Source: Oscillospiraceae bacterium (GTDB lineage: Bacteria > Bacillota > Clostridia > Oscillospirales > UBA644). From it: DNA of 64,000 nt. The translations under genes and the position numbers were made by a program. How positions within the stretch are numbered: position 1 is the first letter of the stretch; every line of letters starts with the position of its first letter. This document shows positions 9,469 to 19,579 of this stretch, in pieces. Below the pieces are notes generated by a model that did not search any database, was not told where the DNA came from, and saw only the letters and a list, made by a program, of their open reading frames with translations. Location: the NCBI GenBank assembly GCA_902783255.1, contig CACZQB010000038.1:5458-69457 (forward strand), given 5' to 3'.

Positions 9469-10352
9469 AAAAAGTCCTTATAACCGGAGCAAGTTCATAT
9501 ATTGGTGTTTCCTTTGAAAACTATGTAAAAGATCATTATAGTTCTGAGCTGAATATCAATACTGTTGACATGATTGACGGCAGTTGGAGACAAAAAGATT
9601 TCAGTTCCTATGATATAGTGTTCCATGTGGCGGGAATCGCGCATGCGGATATTGGAAAAGTAAGCGAAGAAACGAAAAAAAAATATTATGCCGTAAATAC
9701 CGATTTGGCTATAGAGACATGTAGAAAAGCCAAAGGTGAGGGCGTTAAACAATTCGTTTTTATGAGCAGTTCGATTATCTACGGCGACAGCGCTCCTTAC
9801 GGCAAGCAGAAGAGGATAACAAAAGAAACAGATCCGACTCCATCCAATTTTTACGGAGACAGTAAATGGCAGGCGGACAAAGGCGTAAGAGAATTTGCGG
9901 ATGATCAATTTACCGTAACCGTCCTTCGCCCTCCGATGATTTACGGAAAAGGCAGTAAAGGCAATTATCCAACTCTCAGTAAGATGGCCAAAAAGCTTCC
10001 CGTATTTCCTGATATTCAAAACGAGCGCTCAATGCTATACATTGAAAATCTTTGCGAATTTCTTTCACAGGTAATGATACGTGGCGAAGGCGGCATATTC
10101 TGGCCGCAGAATGCGGAATATACACGAACAAGTGAAATGGTAAAAATGATAGCGGATGTAAACGGGCATAAAATACGAGTTTCGAAAGCGTTCAATTGGC
10201 TTGTTTCTCTGGCGTCACGCCTTCCCGGCAAGCCCTCAGGTATGGCAAACAAGGCGTTCGGCAATCTTTCGTACGATCAGAGCATGAGCATATTTGGTTT
10301 CGAGTATAGAACAGTAGGTCTGAAAGAGTCCATAGAGAGGACGGAAGGCTGA
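9465..10352 (+). CDS. NAD-dependent epimerase/reductase (CapN-like, probable UDP-4-keto-6-deoxy-HexNAc reductase)
   Basis: 295 aa SDR with ITGASSYIG and YGDSK (YxxxK). Its size and its position beside the initiating transferase resemble S. aureus CapN. Confidence 0.6.
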   Translation: MKKVLITGASSYIGVSFENYVKDHYSSELNINTVDMIDGSWRQKDFSSYDIVFHVAGIAHADIGKVSEETKKKYYAVNTDLAIETCRKAKGEGVKQFVFMSSSIIYGDSAPYGKQKRITKETDPTPSNFYGDSKWQADKGVREFADDQFTVTVLRPPMIYGKGSKGNYPTLSKMAKKLPVFPDIQNERSMLYIENLCEFLSQVMIRGEGGIFWPQNAEYTRTSEMVKMIADVNGHKIRVSKAFNWLVSLASRLPGKPSGMANKAFGNLSYDQSMSIFGFEYRTVGLKESIERTEG

Positions 10353-11566
10353 TGGAAAAGCATATTCTGGTTGTTTCACAATACTTTCATCCTGAATGCT
10401 TTCGAATTAACGATATAGCCATTGAATGGGTTAAACGAGGTTACAAAGTAACTGTTTTAACTGGAATTCCTAATTATCCGCAAGGGCAGTATTACGACGG
10501 GTATAGCAAAACAGAAAGAAAAACTGAAAACTGGCAAGGCATTCAGATCGTTCGCTTACCGATAGAGCCTCGAAAATCTGGCTCTATAAATCTGGCGAAG
10601 AATTATTTATCATTTGTTATTCAGGGAAGAAAATGGGTAAAAAAGACAGATTTGAAGGCTGACATTGTCTTCACTTATGAAGTATCACCCATGACACAAG
10701 CACTTGTGAGCGTGTGGTATGCAAAAAAGAATAAAATTCCTCATATACTTTATGTAACTGATTTATGGCCTGAAAATGTCGAAATAATTACCGGGATTCA
10801 CAATAAACTTTTTCTGGGTTCTATACAGAAAATTGTGGATTATATCTATAAACACAGTAATAGAATTCTAACTTCTTCTCGAAGTTTTATTATGGCAATC
10901 AAAAACAGAAGTATTAGTGAGGATAAAATAGAATTTTGGCCACAATATGCTGAGGATTTTTATAAACCTGTTGATAGAAAAACAGGTTTGGAGATACCTG
11001 ACGATGGCTCGTTGAATCTGGTTTTTGCAGGAAATATCGGATTTGCACAAGGTTTGGGAATATTGCCTGAGGCGGCACAAAAGCTAAAAGAAAAAAAGAC
11101 AAAAGTTAGATTTAATATTATTGGTGATGGCCGATATTTGCCAGAATTGAAAAAAAAGATAGAAGAGCTTGAGGTAGACAAATATTTCAATTTTGTCCCA
11201 CGAAAACCTGCAGAGGAAATTCCTCAATATTTGGCTTGGGCGGATGGATTATTGATAACACTGTCAAAGAGTGAAGTGTTTTCGATAACTATTCCGGCAA
11301 AAACCCAATCATGTTTAGCTTGTGGAAAACCGATTTTGGTCTCTGCCGACGGAGAAGTTCAGGCAATCATAAAAGAAGCCGGTGCAGGTCTTGTCAGTAA
11401 TGCAGAAGATGTTGAAGGATTAGTAAATAGCATATTGACATTTATAGACTTGTCCCAACGAGAACGAGAAGAAATGGGTCAAAGAGCTTTGAAATATTCT
11501 AAAAACCATTTCAGTAAAGAAAAATTACTGAATCGTATGGATGAACTGTTTAAAGAGGAGATATGA
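10352..11566 (+). CDS. GT4 glycosyltransferase, WbuB/CapL-like (putative L-FucNAc transferase)
   Basis: 404 aa. The N-terminus VVSQYFHPECFRINDIA...GIPNYPQGQYY is characteristic of WbuB-like GT4 enzymes. It lies immediately upstream of fnlA/B/C. Confidence 0.7.
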   Translation: MEKHILVVSQYFHPECFRINDIAIEWVKRGYKVTVLTGIPNYPQGQYYDGYSKTERKTENWQGIQIVRLPIEPRKSGSINLAKNYLSFVIQGRKWVKKTDLKADIVFTYEVSPMTQALVSVWYAKKNKIPHILYVTDLWPENVEIITGIHNKLFLGSIQKIVDYIYKHSNRILTSSRSFIMAIKNRSISEDKIEFWPQYAEDFYKPVDRKTGLEIPDDGSLNLVFAGNIGFAQGLGILPEAAQKLKEKKTKVRFNIIGDGRYLPELKKKIEELEVDKYFNFVPRKPAEEIPQYLAWADGLLITLSKSEVFSITIPAKTQSCLACGKPILVSADGEVQAIIKEAGAGLVSNAEDVEGLVNSILTFIDLSQREREEMGQRALKYSKNHFSKEKLLNRMDELFKEEI

Positions 11567-11567
11567 C

Positions 11568-12617
11568 ATGTCTGTGTTTAACGGAGCGACACTTTTAATT
11601 ACCGGAGGAACCGGTTCGTTCGGCAATGCCGTACTAAAACATTTTCTTGAAAGCGATGTCGGACAGATCCGTATTTTTTCCCGTGACGAAAAAAAACAGG
11701 ACGACATGCGTCATGAACTTCAGGCTAAACATCCTGATTATGCGAATAAAGTAAAATTTTACATCGGCGATGTAAGAGACCCCCGCAGTCTTGCAGACGT
11801 AATGCCCGGCGTTGACTATATTTTTCATGCGGCTGCTCTGAAACAGGTTCCATCGTGTGAATTTTTTCCCATGCAGGCTGTCAAAACAAATATTGAAGGC
11901 ACCGATAATATGCTCCACGCAGCCATAGAGGCAAAAGTAAGTCGAGTCGTGTGTCTCAGCACCGATAAAGCAGCGTATCCGATCAACGCAATGGGTATTT
12001 CCAAAGCGATGATGGAGCATGTTATAACTGCCAACGCGCGTGTTGCTGCTGAACGCGGCAATACTGTTATCTGCTGCACCCGTTACGGCAATGTAATGTG
12101 CTCACGCGGATCTGTTATCCCTCTTTTTATCGACCAGATAAAAGCCGGCGCGCCTATCACTATTACCAATCCTGAAATGACGCGTTTTCTTATGAATCTT
12201 GATGAAGCGGTCGATCTTGTGCAGTTCGCGTTTGAACACGCAAATCCGGGCGATCTTTTCGTTCAGAAGGCCGACGCGTCTACGATAGGTGATCTTGCAA
12301 AAGCGGTTCAGCAACTGTTCGGCGATACAGGAACACGCATTATAGGCACGCGACACGGTGAAAAACTCTATGAAACGCTTCTTACAACTGAAGAAAAACT
12401 GCGATCCGAAGATATGGGCCGCTATTTCCGCGTTTCTGCCGACAATCGTGATTTAAACTACGATAAATATTTCGTTAAGGGCGAGATACTTACACAATCG
12501 GATGAAGCATATACAAGTCATAATACGATCAGGCTTGATGTTGCCGGAGTTGTAAAAAAACTTCTTACCACCGATTACGTTCAGGAACAGCTCGCAAATG
12601 AAAACAATAAGGGGTAG
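11568..12617 (+). CDS. fnlA: UDP-GlcNAc 4,6-dehydratase/5-epimerase (FnlA/CapE)
   Basis: LITGGTGSFG and NAMGISKAMMEH blocks. I moved the start to the ATG at 11568 (MSVFNG...), 1 nt after the upstream stop, with AAGAGGAG upstream. The track ORF starts at 11541. Confidence 0.85.
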   Translation: MSVFNGATLLITGGTGSFGNAVLKHFLESDVGQIRIFSRDEKKQDDMRHELQAKHPDYANKVKFYIGDVRDPRSLADVMPGVDYIFHAAALKQVPSCEFFPMQAVKTNIEGTDNMLHAAIEAKVSRVVCLSTDKAAYPINAMGISKAMMEHVITANARVAAERGNTVICCTRYGNVMCSRGSVIPLFIDQIKAGAPITITNPEMTRFLMNLDEAVDLVQFAFEHANPGDLFVQKADASTIGDLAKAVQQLFGDTGTRIIGTRHGEKLYETLLTTEEKLRSEDMGRYFRVSADNRDLNYDKYFVKGEILTQSDEAYTSHNTIRLDVAGVVKKLLTTDYVQEQLANENNKG

Positions 12618-12620
12618 ATT

Positions 12621-13475
12621 ATGAAATTTCTTGTCCTTGGATGCAACGGCATGGCGGGACATACCATCAGCCTTTATCTTAGAGAAAAAGGCCATGATGT
12701 CCTTGGTTTCGATCTCCGTCCCTCCGATCTGATAACTTCTGTTGCCGGAGACGCCATGAATGCGGAACTTATCAAAGATCTCGTCGGAAAAAACAAATTT
12801 GATACTGTCATCAACTGTATAGGTATCCTTAATCAGTTTGCAGAAAAAAACAAGGCTGTAGCAGTATATCTCAATTCGTTTTTTCCTCATTATCTTGCGC
12901 AGCTGACTGAAGGAACGGATACACAGGTCATCCATATGAGCACCGACTGTGTTTTCAGTGGTAATCGGGGTCACTATAAGGAAGATGATCTCAGAGACGG
13001 CACAACGTTCTATGATCGTTCGAAGGCTCTAGGAGAGATCGAAAACGAAAAAGATCTAACCTTGAGGCAATCAATAGTCGGACCTGATATCAATCCAAAA
13101 GGGATCGGACTTCTGAACTGGTTTTTGCAGCAGCATGGCGAAGTTTCAGGGTATACGGGCGCTATGTGGACAGGTCAGACTACACTTCAGCTGGCAAAAA
13201 CAATGGAGACAGCGGCAAAAGAAAAAGTTCACGGACTTTATAATATGGTGCCTGATACAAGCATTTCAAAATACGGTCTGCTGTTGCTGTTTAATCAATA
13301 CATACGAAAAGAAAAAATAACCGTTATTCCATCGGATAAAATCACCGCCGATAAAAGTCTGGAAAGAACACGATGGGATTTTACATATGCAATCCCTGAC
13401 TACGAAATTATGGTATCAGAGCTTTCCGAGTGGATGAAAGACCACAGATCCCTATATCCGCATTACGGAATCTGA
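12621..13475 (+). CDS. fnlB: SDR reductase of the RmlD/FnlB (CapF-like, short form) type
   Basis: 284 aa, starting MKFLVLGCNGMAGH. It is sandwiched between fnlA and fnlC, as in L-FucNAc operons. Confidence 0.65.
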   Translation: MKFLVLGCNGMAGHTISLYLREKGHDVLGFDLRPSDLITSVAGDAMNAELIKDLVGKNKFDTVINCIGILNQFAEKNKAVAVYLNSFFPHYLAQLTEGTDTQVIHMSTDCVFSGNRGHYKEDDLRDGTTFYDRSKALGEIENEKDLTLRQSIVGPDINPKGIGLLNWFLQQHGEVSGYTGAMWTGQTTLQLAKTMETAAKEKVHGLYNMVPDTSISKYGLLLLFNQYIRKEKITVIPSDKITADKSLERTRWDFTYAIPDYEIMVSELSEWMKDHRSLYPHYGI

Positions 13476-13526
13476 TTCGCATACAGGTAAATAATTCATA
13501 CGATCAATAGAAACAGGAGTATCGAC

Positions 13527-14660
13527 ATGGAGATAAAAAAACTTCGTCTTATGACCGTTGTTGGAACGCGTCCCGAAATAATCAAAATGTCTGAAATAAT
13601 AAAAAAGGCGGATCAATACTTCGATCAGATCCTTGTACATACCGGACAGAACTATGATTATGAACTGAATAAGGTCTTTTTTGAAGACCTTGGAATTCGT
13701 GAGCCTGATCATTATCTCGGCGTTGTCGGCGAAAATCTGGGTCAGACAATGGGTAACGTTATTTCAAAATCATATGACCTGATGTTGAGCGTTAAACCTG
13801 ATGCCCTGATAATTCTCGGAGACACCAATTCCTGTTTATGCGTTATATCTGCAAAGCGTTTGAAAATACCCGTCTTCCATATGGAAGCAGGCAATCGCTG
13901 CAAAGATGAAAACCTCCCTGAAGAGGTAATACGCAGAATAGTTGATGTAACAAGCGATATCAATCTCTGCTATTCCGAGCATGCCAGACGGTATATACTT
14001 GACAGCGGTGTAAAGCACGAATATACGTTTGTTGTCGGTTCTCCGATGAAAGAGGTCCTTGACAGATACAAGGATGTCATTGATTCAAGCAGTATTCTTG
14101 ACGATCTCGGTCTTGTTTCCGGCAAATATATCCTGCTGTCGGCTCATCGCGAGGAAAATATAGATATAGAAAGCAACTTTCTCAGCCTGATGAATGCGGT
14201 AAACGCGATGGCGGAAAAATATGATATGCCGATTTTGTATTCATGTCACCCCAGAAGCAAAAAATATATAGAAGCGCGCAAATTTGTATTTGATAAAAGA
14301 GTGATACAGCATAAACCGCTGGGATTTTTTGACTATAACAAGTTACAGAAAAATGCCTTCTGCGTGGTAAGCGACAGCGGTACGATCCCGGAGGAAGCCG
14401 CTTATTTCAAATTTCCAGCAGTATCTGTCAGAACCAGCACGGAACGACCCGAGGCAATGGATAAGGGAGTATTTACGATCGGCAGCATTACCGCACAGCA
14501 GGTACTTCAGGCAGTTGATCTGGCAGTTTCCATGCACGCCAATGGCGACGACGGTATAACCGTACCCGCTTACAACGATGAAAATGTGAGCACAAAGGTC
14601 ATAAAGATCATCCAGAGCTATACAGGCATCGTAAACAAAATGATATGGAGAAAAGCGTAA
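13527..14660 (+). CDS. fnlC: UDP-2-acetamido-2,6-dideoxy-hexose / UDP-GlcNAc 2-epimerase (FnlC/CapG)
   Basis: 377 aa with the VVGTRPEIIKM N-terminal signature of non-hydrolysing 2-epimerases. It is the third gene of the fnl triad. Confidence 0.8.
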   Translation: MEIKKLRLMTVVGTRPEIIKMSEIIKKADQYFDQILVHTGQNYDYELNKVFFEDLGIREPDHYLGVVGENLGQTMGNVISKSYDLMLSVKPDALIILGDTNSCLCVISAKRLKIPVFHMEAGNRCKDENLPEEVIRRIVDVTSDINLCYSEHARRYILDSGVKHEYTFVVGSPMKEVLDRYKDVIDSSSILDDLGLVSGKYILLSAHREENIDIESNFLSLMNAVNAMAEKYDMPILYSCHPRSKKYIEARKFVFDKRVIQHKPLGFFDYNKLQKNAFCVVSDSGTIPEEAAYFKFPAVSVRTSTERPEAMDKGVFTIGSITAQQVLQAVDLAVSMHANGDDGITVPAYNDENVSTKVIKIIQSYTGIVNKMIWRKA

Positions 14661-14680
14661 TCGATCAGAGGAACCATTGT

Positions 14681-15775
14681 ATGAATGTCGGTTTTGTCAC
14701 AAACAACTTCAGCTCCGGGGGAGCACAAAAAATGATGGCATTTGTCGTCCGTTCTCTTGCTCCCTGTGCTGATAAAATATTTTTGATTACAACACAGCAG
14801 GGTAATATATACTCTTTTCCCGACAATGTTCAGCAAATATATATAGGTGATCTTATAAAAAAGGGAAAAGGTTCTTTCGGAAAGATAAATGAATTAAACA
14901 ATATCGCAAAAAAAACAAGAGAAATTGTCGTTCGGGAAAATATCGATATTTTATGTGCGTTCGGGTATTATTTCACTACCGTTGCGGTCAAGGCGGTGAA
15001 AAGCACAAAATGTAAGGTGATCGGTTCTGAACGCCGTGCTCCCCAGATGATCTCTGCGTTTAACCAGCTGATGAGCAAATATGCATATAAAAAATGCGAC
15101 AAGGTAGTATTTCAGCTTCAGGGAGCAAGAGATTTTTATCCGAATATCCCGGATAATAAAACTGCAGTGATCCCAAATCCGTTCCTGCCTTCAGAGAGCA
15201 GTTTTGATCGGAATCCGGAAAGAAAAAAGATCATAGCAATGGCAGCAGCGAGGCTTGAGCAGGAAAAAGGCTTCGATATAGGCATTAAAGCCATGAAAAA
15301 AATTATTGAAAAATACCCGGACTATAAACTGCGGATATACGGAGACGGCGATTTTGAAAAGCTTTACGGACAGCTGATCGACGATCTGCAAATAAGACCG
15401 TATATAGAATATATGGGACTTTCGTCCCATATAATTGAAGATATTCACGATGTCATGGTTTTTCTTCTTCCTTCAAGAAGCGAAGGGATCCCAAATATGC
15501 TTCTTGAATCGATGGCGGCAGGAATTCCCTGTGTCGCAGCCGACTGTCCGCCGGGCGGACCGAGAATGCTGTTGGAAAATGATAAAAACGGGCTTCTCGT
15601 GCCGGTAGAAAACGTTGATGCAACAGCTGATGCAGTCTGTGAGCTGATAGGCAATGCAGAATTGCGTAATTCCGTAGCCGAAAACGCCACTAAGGTAACC
15701 GAACGTTTCAAGCCTGAAAAAATAGAGGAAATGTGGCGTCAATGCTTTATAACGATAATGGATGGTAATAACTGA
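14681..15775 (+). CDS. GT4 family glycosyltransferase
   Basis: SRSEGIPNMLLESMAAGIPCVA (EX7E motif). I moved the start to the ATG at 14681 (MNVGFVTNN...), downstream of the previous stop, with GAGG upstream. Confidence 0.8.
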   Translation: MNVGFVTNNFSSGGAQKMMAFVVRSLAPCADKIFLITTQQGNIYSFPDNVQQIYIGDLIKKGKGSFGKINELNNIAKKTREIVVRENIDILCAFGYYFTTVAVKAVKSTKCKVIGSERRAPQMISAFNQLMSKYAYKKCDKVVFQLQGARDFYPNIPDNKTAVIPNPFLPSESSFDRNPERKKIIAMAAARLEQEKGFDIGIKAMKKIIEKYPDYKLRIYGDGDFEKLYGQLIDDLQIRPYIEYMGLSSHIIEDIHDVMVFLLPSRSEGIPNMLLESMAAGIPCVAADCPPGGPRMLLENDKNGLLVPVENVDATADAVCELIGNAELRNSVAENATKVTERFKPEKIEEMWRQCFITIMDGNN

Positions 15776-15776
15776 A

Positions 15777-16886
15777 ATGAAAAAAGTATGTATTGTTTTT
15801 GCAAGCGCTCCCCGTCATATGATAATGGCAAATATTTATTTCGATTATCTGAAACAAAACGGTATTCCGTATGACGTTATTTATATGAATAAATATGATG
15901 AAGATGAAAATACGGGAGCAGAGGTGAACTATCCTGTTTCATACAAGAAAAAGAATAAGCTCCAGAAGCTGTTCGGCTTTTTTAAATTCGGAAAAGAAGC
16001 CTCTTCCATCCTTAAAAAGAATAAATACGGATTTGTTATTGTATGGAGTGAATATACGGCTGCTTTTATCTGCCGGGTGCTGAAAAAAGAGTATAAGCAA
16101 AGATACTGCGTAAACGTCAGAGATCTGAATGTGGGTCTTAGACAAGTGTTGAATATTCCATTGAATTCAGCGATAAAATCCTCTCTCTTCACTACTGTTT
16201 CTTCCGAGAAATATATTCCCGAACTGACACATAATTTTGACAATTATCTTTTCTTCCACAGCTATAACCAGAAGGTTATGGATGAAACTCTTCAGTCAAT
16301 GGCGAATATTGACAAAAACCCCGAGAATAACGATAAGATCAGAATTTTATATATCGGATATATCAGATTCTACGATCACCTTTTAAAATTTATTGAACAA
16401 ATAAAAAACGATCCCAGATACGAGCTTACTGTCGCAGGTGCCGGCTCTGAGACGATCAAATCCTACATTGATGAAAAAGGCATCACAAACGTCATTGTAC
16501 ACGGTAAATTCCCCAAGGAACAGACAGGCGAGTTCCTTGCTGACGCTGATGTGATTTTCAATTTATATGGAACAGAAGATCTGAATTTAAGATATGCGTT
16601 GTCCAATAAGCTTTATTATGCTGTAGCGCTCGGCTTACCCATACTTGTATACAAAAATACATATGTTGCCGAACTTGCGGAAAAATGCGGCATCGCATTT
16701 GCTGCAGATGACTGCCTTGACGGAAGTTTTGCCGATAAGTTTTATGACTGGTATAAAAGCCGTGATTTTGACGAGATAAAGCTTAAATGCAATGAATTTC
16801 TGAAAGACGCCATCCATTCGCAGGACGAACTCAGATCACGCATGGATGAAGTAAAAAATCAACTGTTAGAAATAGAGGAGAACTAA
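15777..16886 (+). CDS. Putative glycosyltransferase / capsular biosynthesis protein (GT-B-like)
   Basis: About 369 aa from MKKVCIVFASAP. The C-terminal half resembles a GT-B nucleotide-sugar domain (GLPILVYKNTYVAEL). The assignment is weak. Confidence 0.45.
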   Translation: MKKVCIVFASAPRHMIMANIYFDYLKQNGIPYDVIYMNKYDEDENTGAEVNYPVSYKKKNKLQKLFGFFKFGKEASSILKKNKYGFVIVWSEYTAAFICRVLKKEYKQRYCVNVRDLNVGLRQVLNIPLNSAIKSSLFTTVSSEKYIPELTHNFDNYLFFHSYNQKVMDETLQSMANIDKNPENNDKIRILYIGYIRFYDHLLKFIEQIKNDPRYELTVAGAGSETIKSYIDEKGITNVIVHGKFPKEQTGEFLADADVIFNLYGTEDLNLRYALSNKLYYAVALGLPILVYKNTYVAELAEKCGIAFAADDCLDGSFADKFYDWYKSRDFDEIKLKCNEFLKDAIHSQDELRSRMDEVKNQLLEIEEN

Positions 16887-16887
16887 A

Positions 16888-18099
16888 ATGATAAACGTTA
16901 TCGGACTTGGATATATAGGACTTCCTACCGCTCTTATGATGGCATCTCACGGGGTTGAGGTAATAGGAACTGACTACAATAAAGAACTTGTAGCCACGCT
17001 TCAGTCCGGCCATACCACGTTCAAAGAGGATGGACTCGATGATCTTTTTCAGGATGCTTTAAAAGCTGGTATCAGATTTACAACGGAATATCAGGTAACA
17101 GATACTTACATAGTTTCTGTTCCTACTCCTTATGATAAATTCAGCAAAAAAGTAGATCCTTGTTATGTTGTTGCAGCGGTTAAGGATGTCCTTAAAGTAG
17201 CGCCTGCAAACGCCATACTTGTAATCGAATCGACAGTTTCTCCGGGAACTATCGAAAAAAGCATAAGACCTGTTCTGAACGAAGAAAACAGAACAGATAT
17301 CAACCTTGTTCACGCTCCCGAACGCATTATTCCCGGCAATATGGTTTACGAGCTTTTGCATAACAACAGGACCATCGGTGCCGACAACAGACAGATAGGT
17401 GAAAAAATAGCAAAGTATTACTCTTCTTTCTGCAAAGGAGAGATCGTTGTCACAGATATCAAAACCGCTGAAATGACGAAAGTCGTTGAAAATACGTTCC
17501 GCGCGGTAAACATCGCATTTGCCAATGAAATAGCTAAAATATGCCGTCACGACAATATGGATGTTTACGAGATAATCAGAATCTGCAATATGCATCCCCG
17601 TGTCAATATCCTTCAACCCGGTCCCGGTGTCGGCGGTCACTGTATTTCCGTAGATCCGTGGTTCCTTGTAGGAGACTATCCTTCCCTTGCAAAAGTAATC
17701 GACGAATCGATGAAAACAAATGACGGAATGCCTGATTTTGTTCTGAACAGGATCTATGAGATCATGAAAGAAAACGGTATGAGCGATATCTCCCGTGTCG
17801 GACTTTACGGTCTTACCTATAAGGAAAATGTTGATGATATGCGTGAATCGCCGACTCTTCAGCTTCTTGAAAGTCAGGAACGTCATCTTGGAACGGGACT
17901 GAAAGTTTATGACCCGTACATAACAAAGGAAGTAGTAAAAAATCAGTATTACAGCCTTGATTCATTTTTGAATGATGTTGATTTTGTTGTAATAATGGTA
18001 AAACACAACGAAATCAAGGATAATATGCAAAAACTGATGGGAAAAATCGTTTTGGATTGCCATAATATTTGCGATCTGCCAGGGGTATACCATATCTGA
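16888..18099 (+). CDS. wecC: UDP-N-acetyl-D-mannosamine dehydrogenase (WecC/CapO)
   Basis: 403 aa with VIGLGYIGLPTALMMA (NAD binding) and the GPGVGGHCISVDPWF catalytic-Cys block. Confidence 0.85.
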   Translation: MINVIGLGYIGLPTALMMASHGVEVIGTDYNKELVATLQSGHTTFKEDGLDDLFQDALKAGIRFTTEYQVTDTYIVSVPTPYDKFSKKVDPCYVVAAVKDVLKVAPANAILVIESTVSPGTIEKSIRPVLNEENRTDINLVHAPERIIPGNMVYELLHNNRTIGADNRQIGEKIAKYYSSFCKGEIVVTDIKTAEMTKVVENTFRAVNIAFANEIAKICRHDNMDVYEIIRICNMHPRVNILQPGPGVGGHCISVDPWFLVGDYPSLAKVIDESMKTNDGMPDFVLNRIYEIMKENGMSDISRVGLYGLTYKENVDDMRESPTLQLLESQERHLGTGLKVYDPYITKEVVKNQYYSLDSFLNDVDFVVIMVKHNEIKDNMQKLMGKIVLDCHNICDLPGVYHI

Positions 18100-18142
18100 T
18101 GTTAAACCGTTTCAATTTTTTATTGTATAATGAGGATCTGAA

Positions 18143-19564
18143 ATGAAAACAACTGTTTCAAAGGGAGAAGCATTACTGTGGATTATCACAATTATTTTTA
18201 TGATAATCTGCCTTGTTGTCCTTGCATTTTTCTGGTCTTCTGATAAAATCAGCAGCGGAGGATGGTCAGCGCCCGTTTTCTATCTTTCTGTGGTGTCTTT
18301 ATTGATAAATGCTGCTTTCCTTATTAAATATAAGGTAAAAATCACCGAGTTTCCTGCAGTTATGACGCTGCTTACATATCTGTTCATGTTCGGGCGTGTC
18401 TGGCTCAATTATCTCGGACAGGACGGCAAAATCTACTGGGTGCTCCATAAATTATATGAGCCCCTTGAAATGCAGCGAACAGGCATTATGGTCGTGTGCT
18501 GTGTTCATGCTCTTTTCATAGGTATGATCAGCCTTTACAGAAAAAAAAGCAAAAGAGAATTTTTGCTGACAACATCAAATATCGATGAGAGTCAGCTTTT
18601 CAATCTTGGAATGATACTTCTTGTAATAGGTCTTCCCTGCAGGATCATAACCGATATCCAGTCTGTCATTTCAACATCCGCAACAGGTAATTTTCTTTCG
18701 ATTACCGCAAACACGGGATTGATCGACGATCTTGCTTTTTTGTATGTTCCTGGACTTATCTGTCTGATGGAAAGCCGACCCGCCATCAAAAAACCTGTTA
18801 TTATAATACTTGCCGCTTATTTTATCGTAATAATGGCAGTTACCGGTGACAGGAGATACTACGTATCGGCAATAGTAACATTCGGCGCATATATGTTCAG
18901 AAAAAAGACGGGAGACAGTAATAATAAAGTTAATATTGGCAGAGTTATTCTGATAGTGCTTCTTGTCGCTCTTTTCCTTAATTTCCTTGAAATCATTCGA
19001 AGGATCAGGACCGGAAATCTCACGGATTTCTTCGGATTTTTAGGCAATTACGGTGCGGATGTTTTCGCACTTGACGGTTTAATATACGATGTATTTGAAG
19101 AATTCGGCATTTCTTTTTTTTCTGTTGTTTCTATCGTTTCATGCTTCCCGTCGGTCTTTCCGTTCCAGTACGGTATGACTATACTCCGAACGATCCCTTC
19201 CGCTTTGCCTATAGGATCTTTGTTCGGCGATCTGTTTTCGCAAGCATCTCCTTCAACCTATGTCAACCCATATTTGGGCAGAGCCGTCGGCGCGACGATG
19301 TTCGGCGATCTGTTTTCGAATTTCGGTCTGTTCTGCATCCCTGCGGCTTTTCTGATAGGATTGATGCTTGGTTATTTTTTCAGGGCAGAAAAAGCTACTG
19401 AAAACAATTATGACTGTGTAAGATACTATACATATTACTATATTTTAATAAATCTGGTCAGATGCAGCCTCTTTGAAGTATTCAGACCGATGATTTGGTG
19501 TACGTTTATTCCTCTCGTAATTTTGTCTGTCTTAAGAACTCGAAAGAGCAGACTATTGATATGA
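18143..19564 (+). CDS. wzy: Putative repeat-unit polymerase (Wzy)
   Basis: 473 aa and highly hydrophobic, with many predicted TM helices. It sits in the low-GC variable core of the cps locus. No soluble-domain motifs. Confidence 0.55.
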   Translation: MKTTVSKGEALLWIITIIFMIICLVVLAFFWSSDKISSGGWSAPVFYLSVVSLLINAAFLIKYKVKITEFPAVMTLLTYLFMFGRVWLNYLGQDGKIYWVLHKLYEPLEMQRTGIMVVCCVHALFIGMISLYRKKSKREFLLTTSNIDESQLFNLGMILLVIGLPCRIITDIQSVISTSATGNFLSITANTGLIDDLAFLYVPGLICLMESRPAIKKPVIIILAAYFIVIMAVTGDRRYYVSAIVTFGAYMFRKKTGDSNNKVNIGRVILIVLLVALFLNFLEIIRRIRTGNLTDFFGFLGNYGADVFALDGLIYDVFEEFGISFFSVVSIVSCFPSVFPFQYGMTILRTIPSALPIGSLFGDLFSQASPSTYVNPYLGRAVGATMFGDLFSNFGLFCIPAAFLIGLMLGYFFRAEKATENNYDCVRYYTYYYILINLVRCSLFEVFRPMIWCTFIPLVILSVLRTRKSRLLI

Positions 19565-19579
19565 AATGAGTGAAATAAA

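Noticed and set aside
17059-17886. 275-aa ORF on the - strand.
   Set aside because: It lies entirely antisense to the well-supported UDP-ManNAc dehydrogenase gene. Its sequence is low-complexity and Phe/Ile/Arg-rich, with no recognisable motifs or RBS. This is a shadow ORF.
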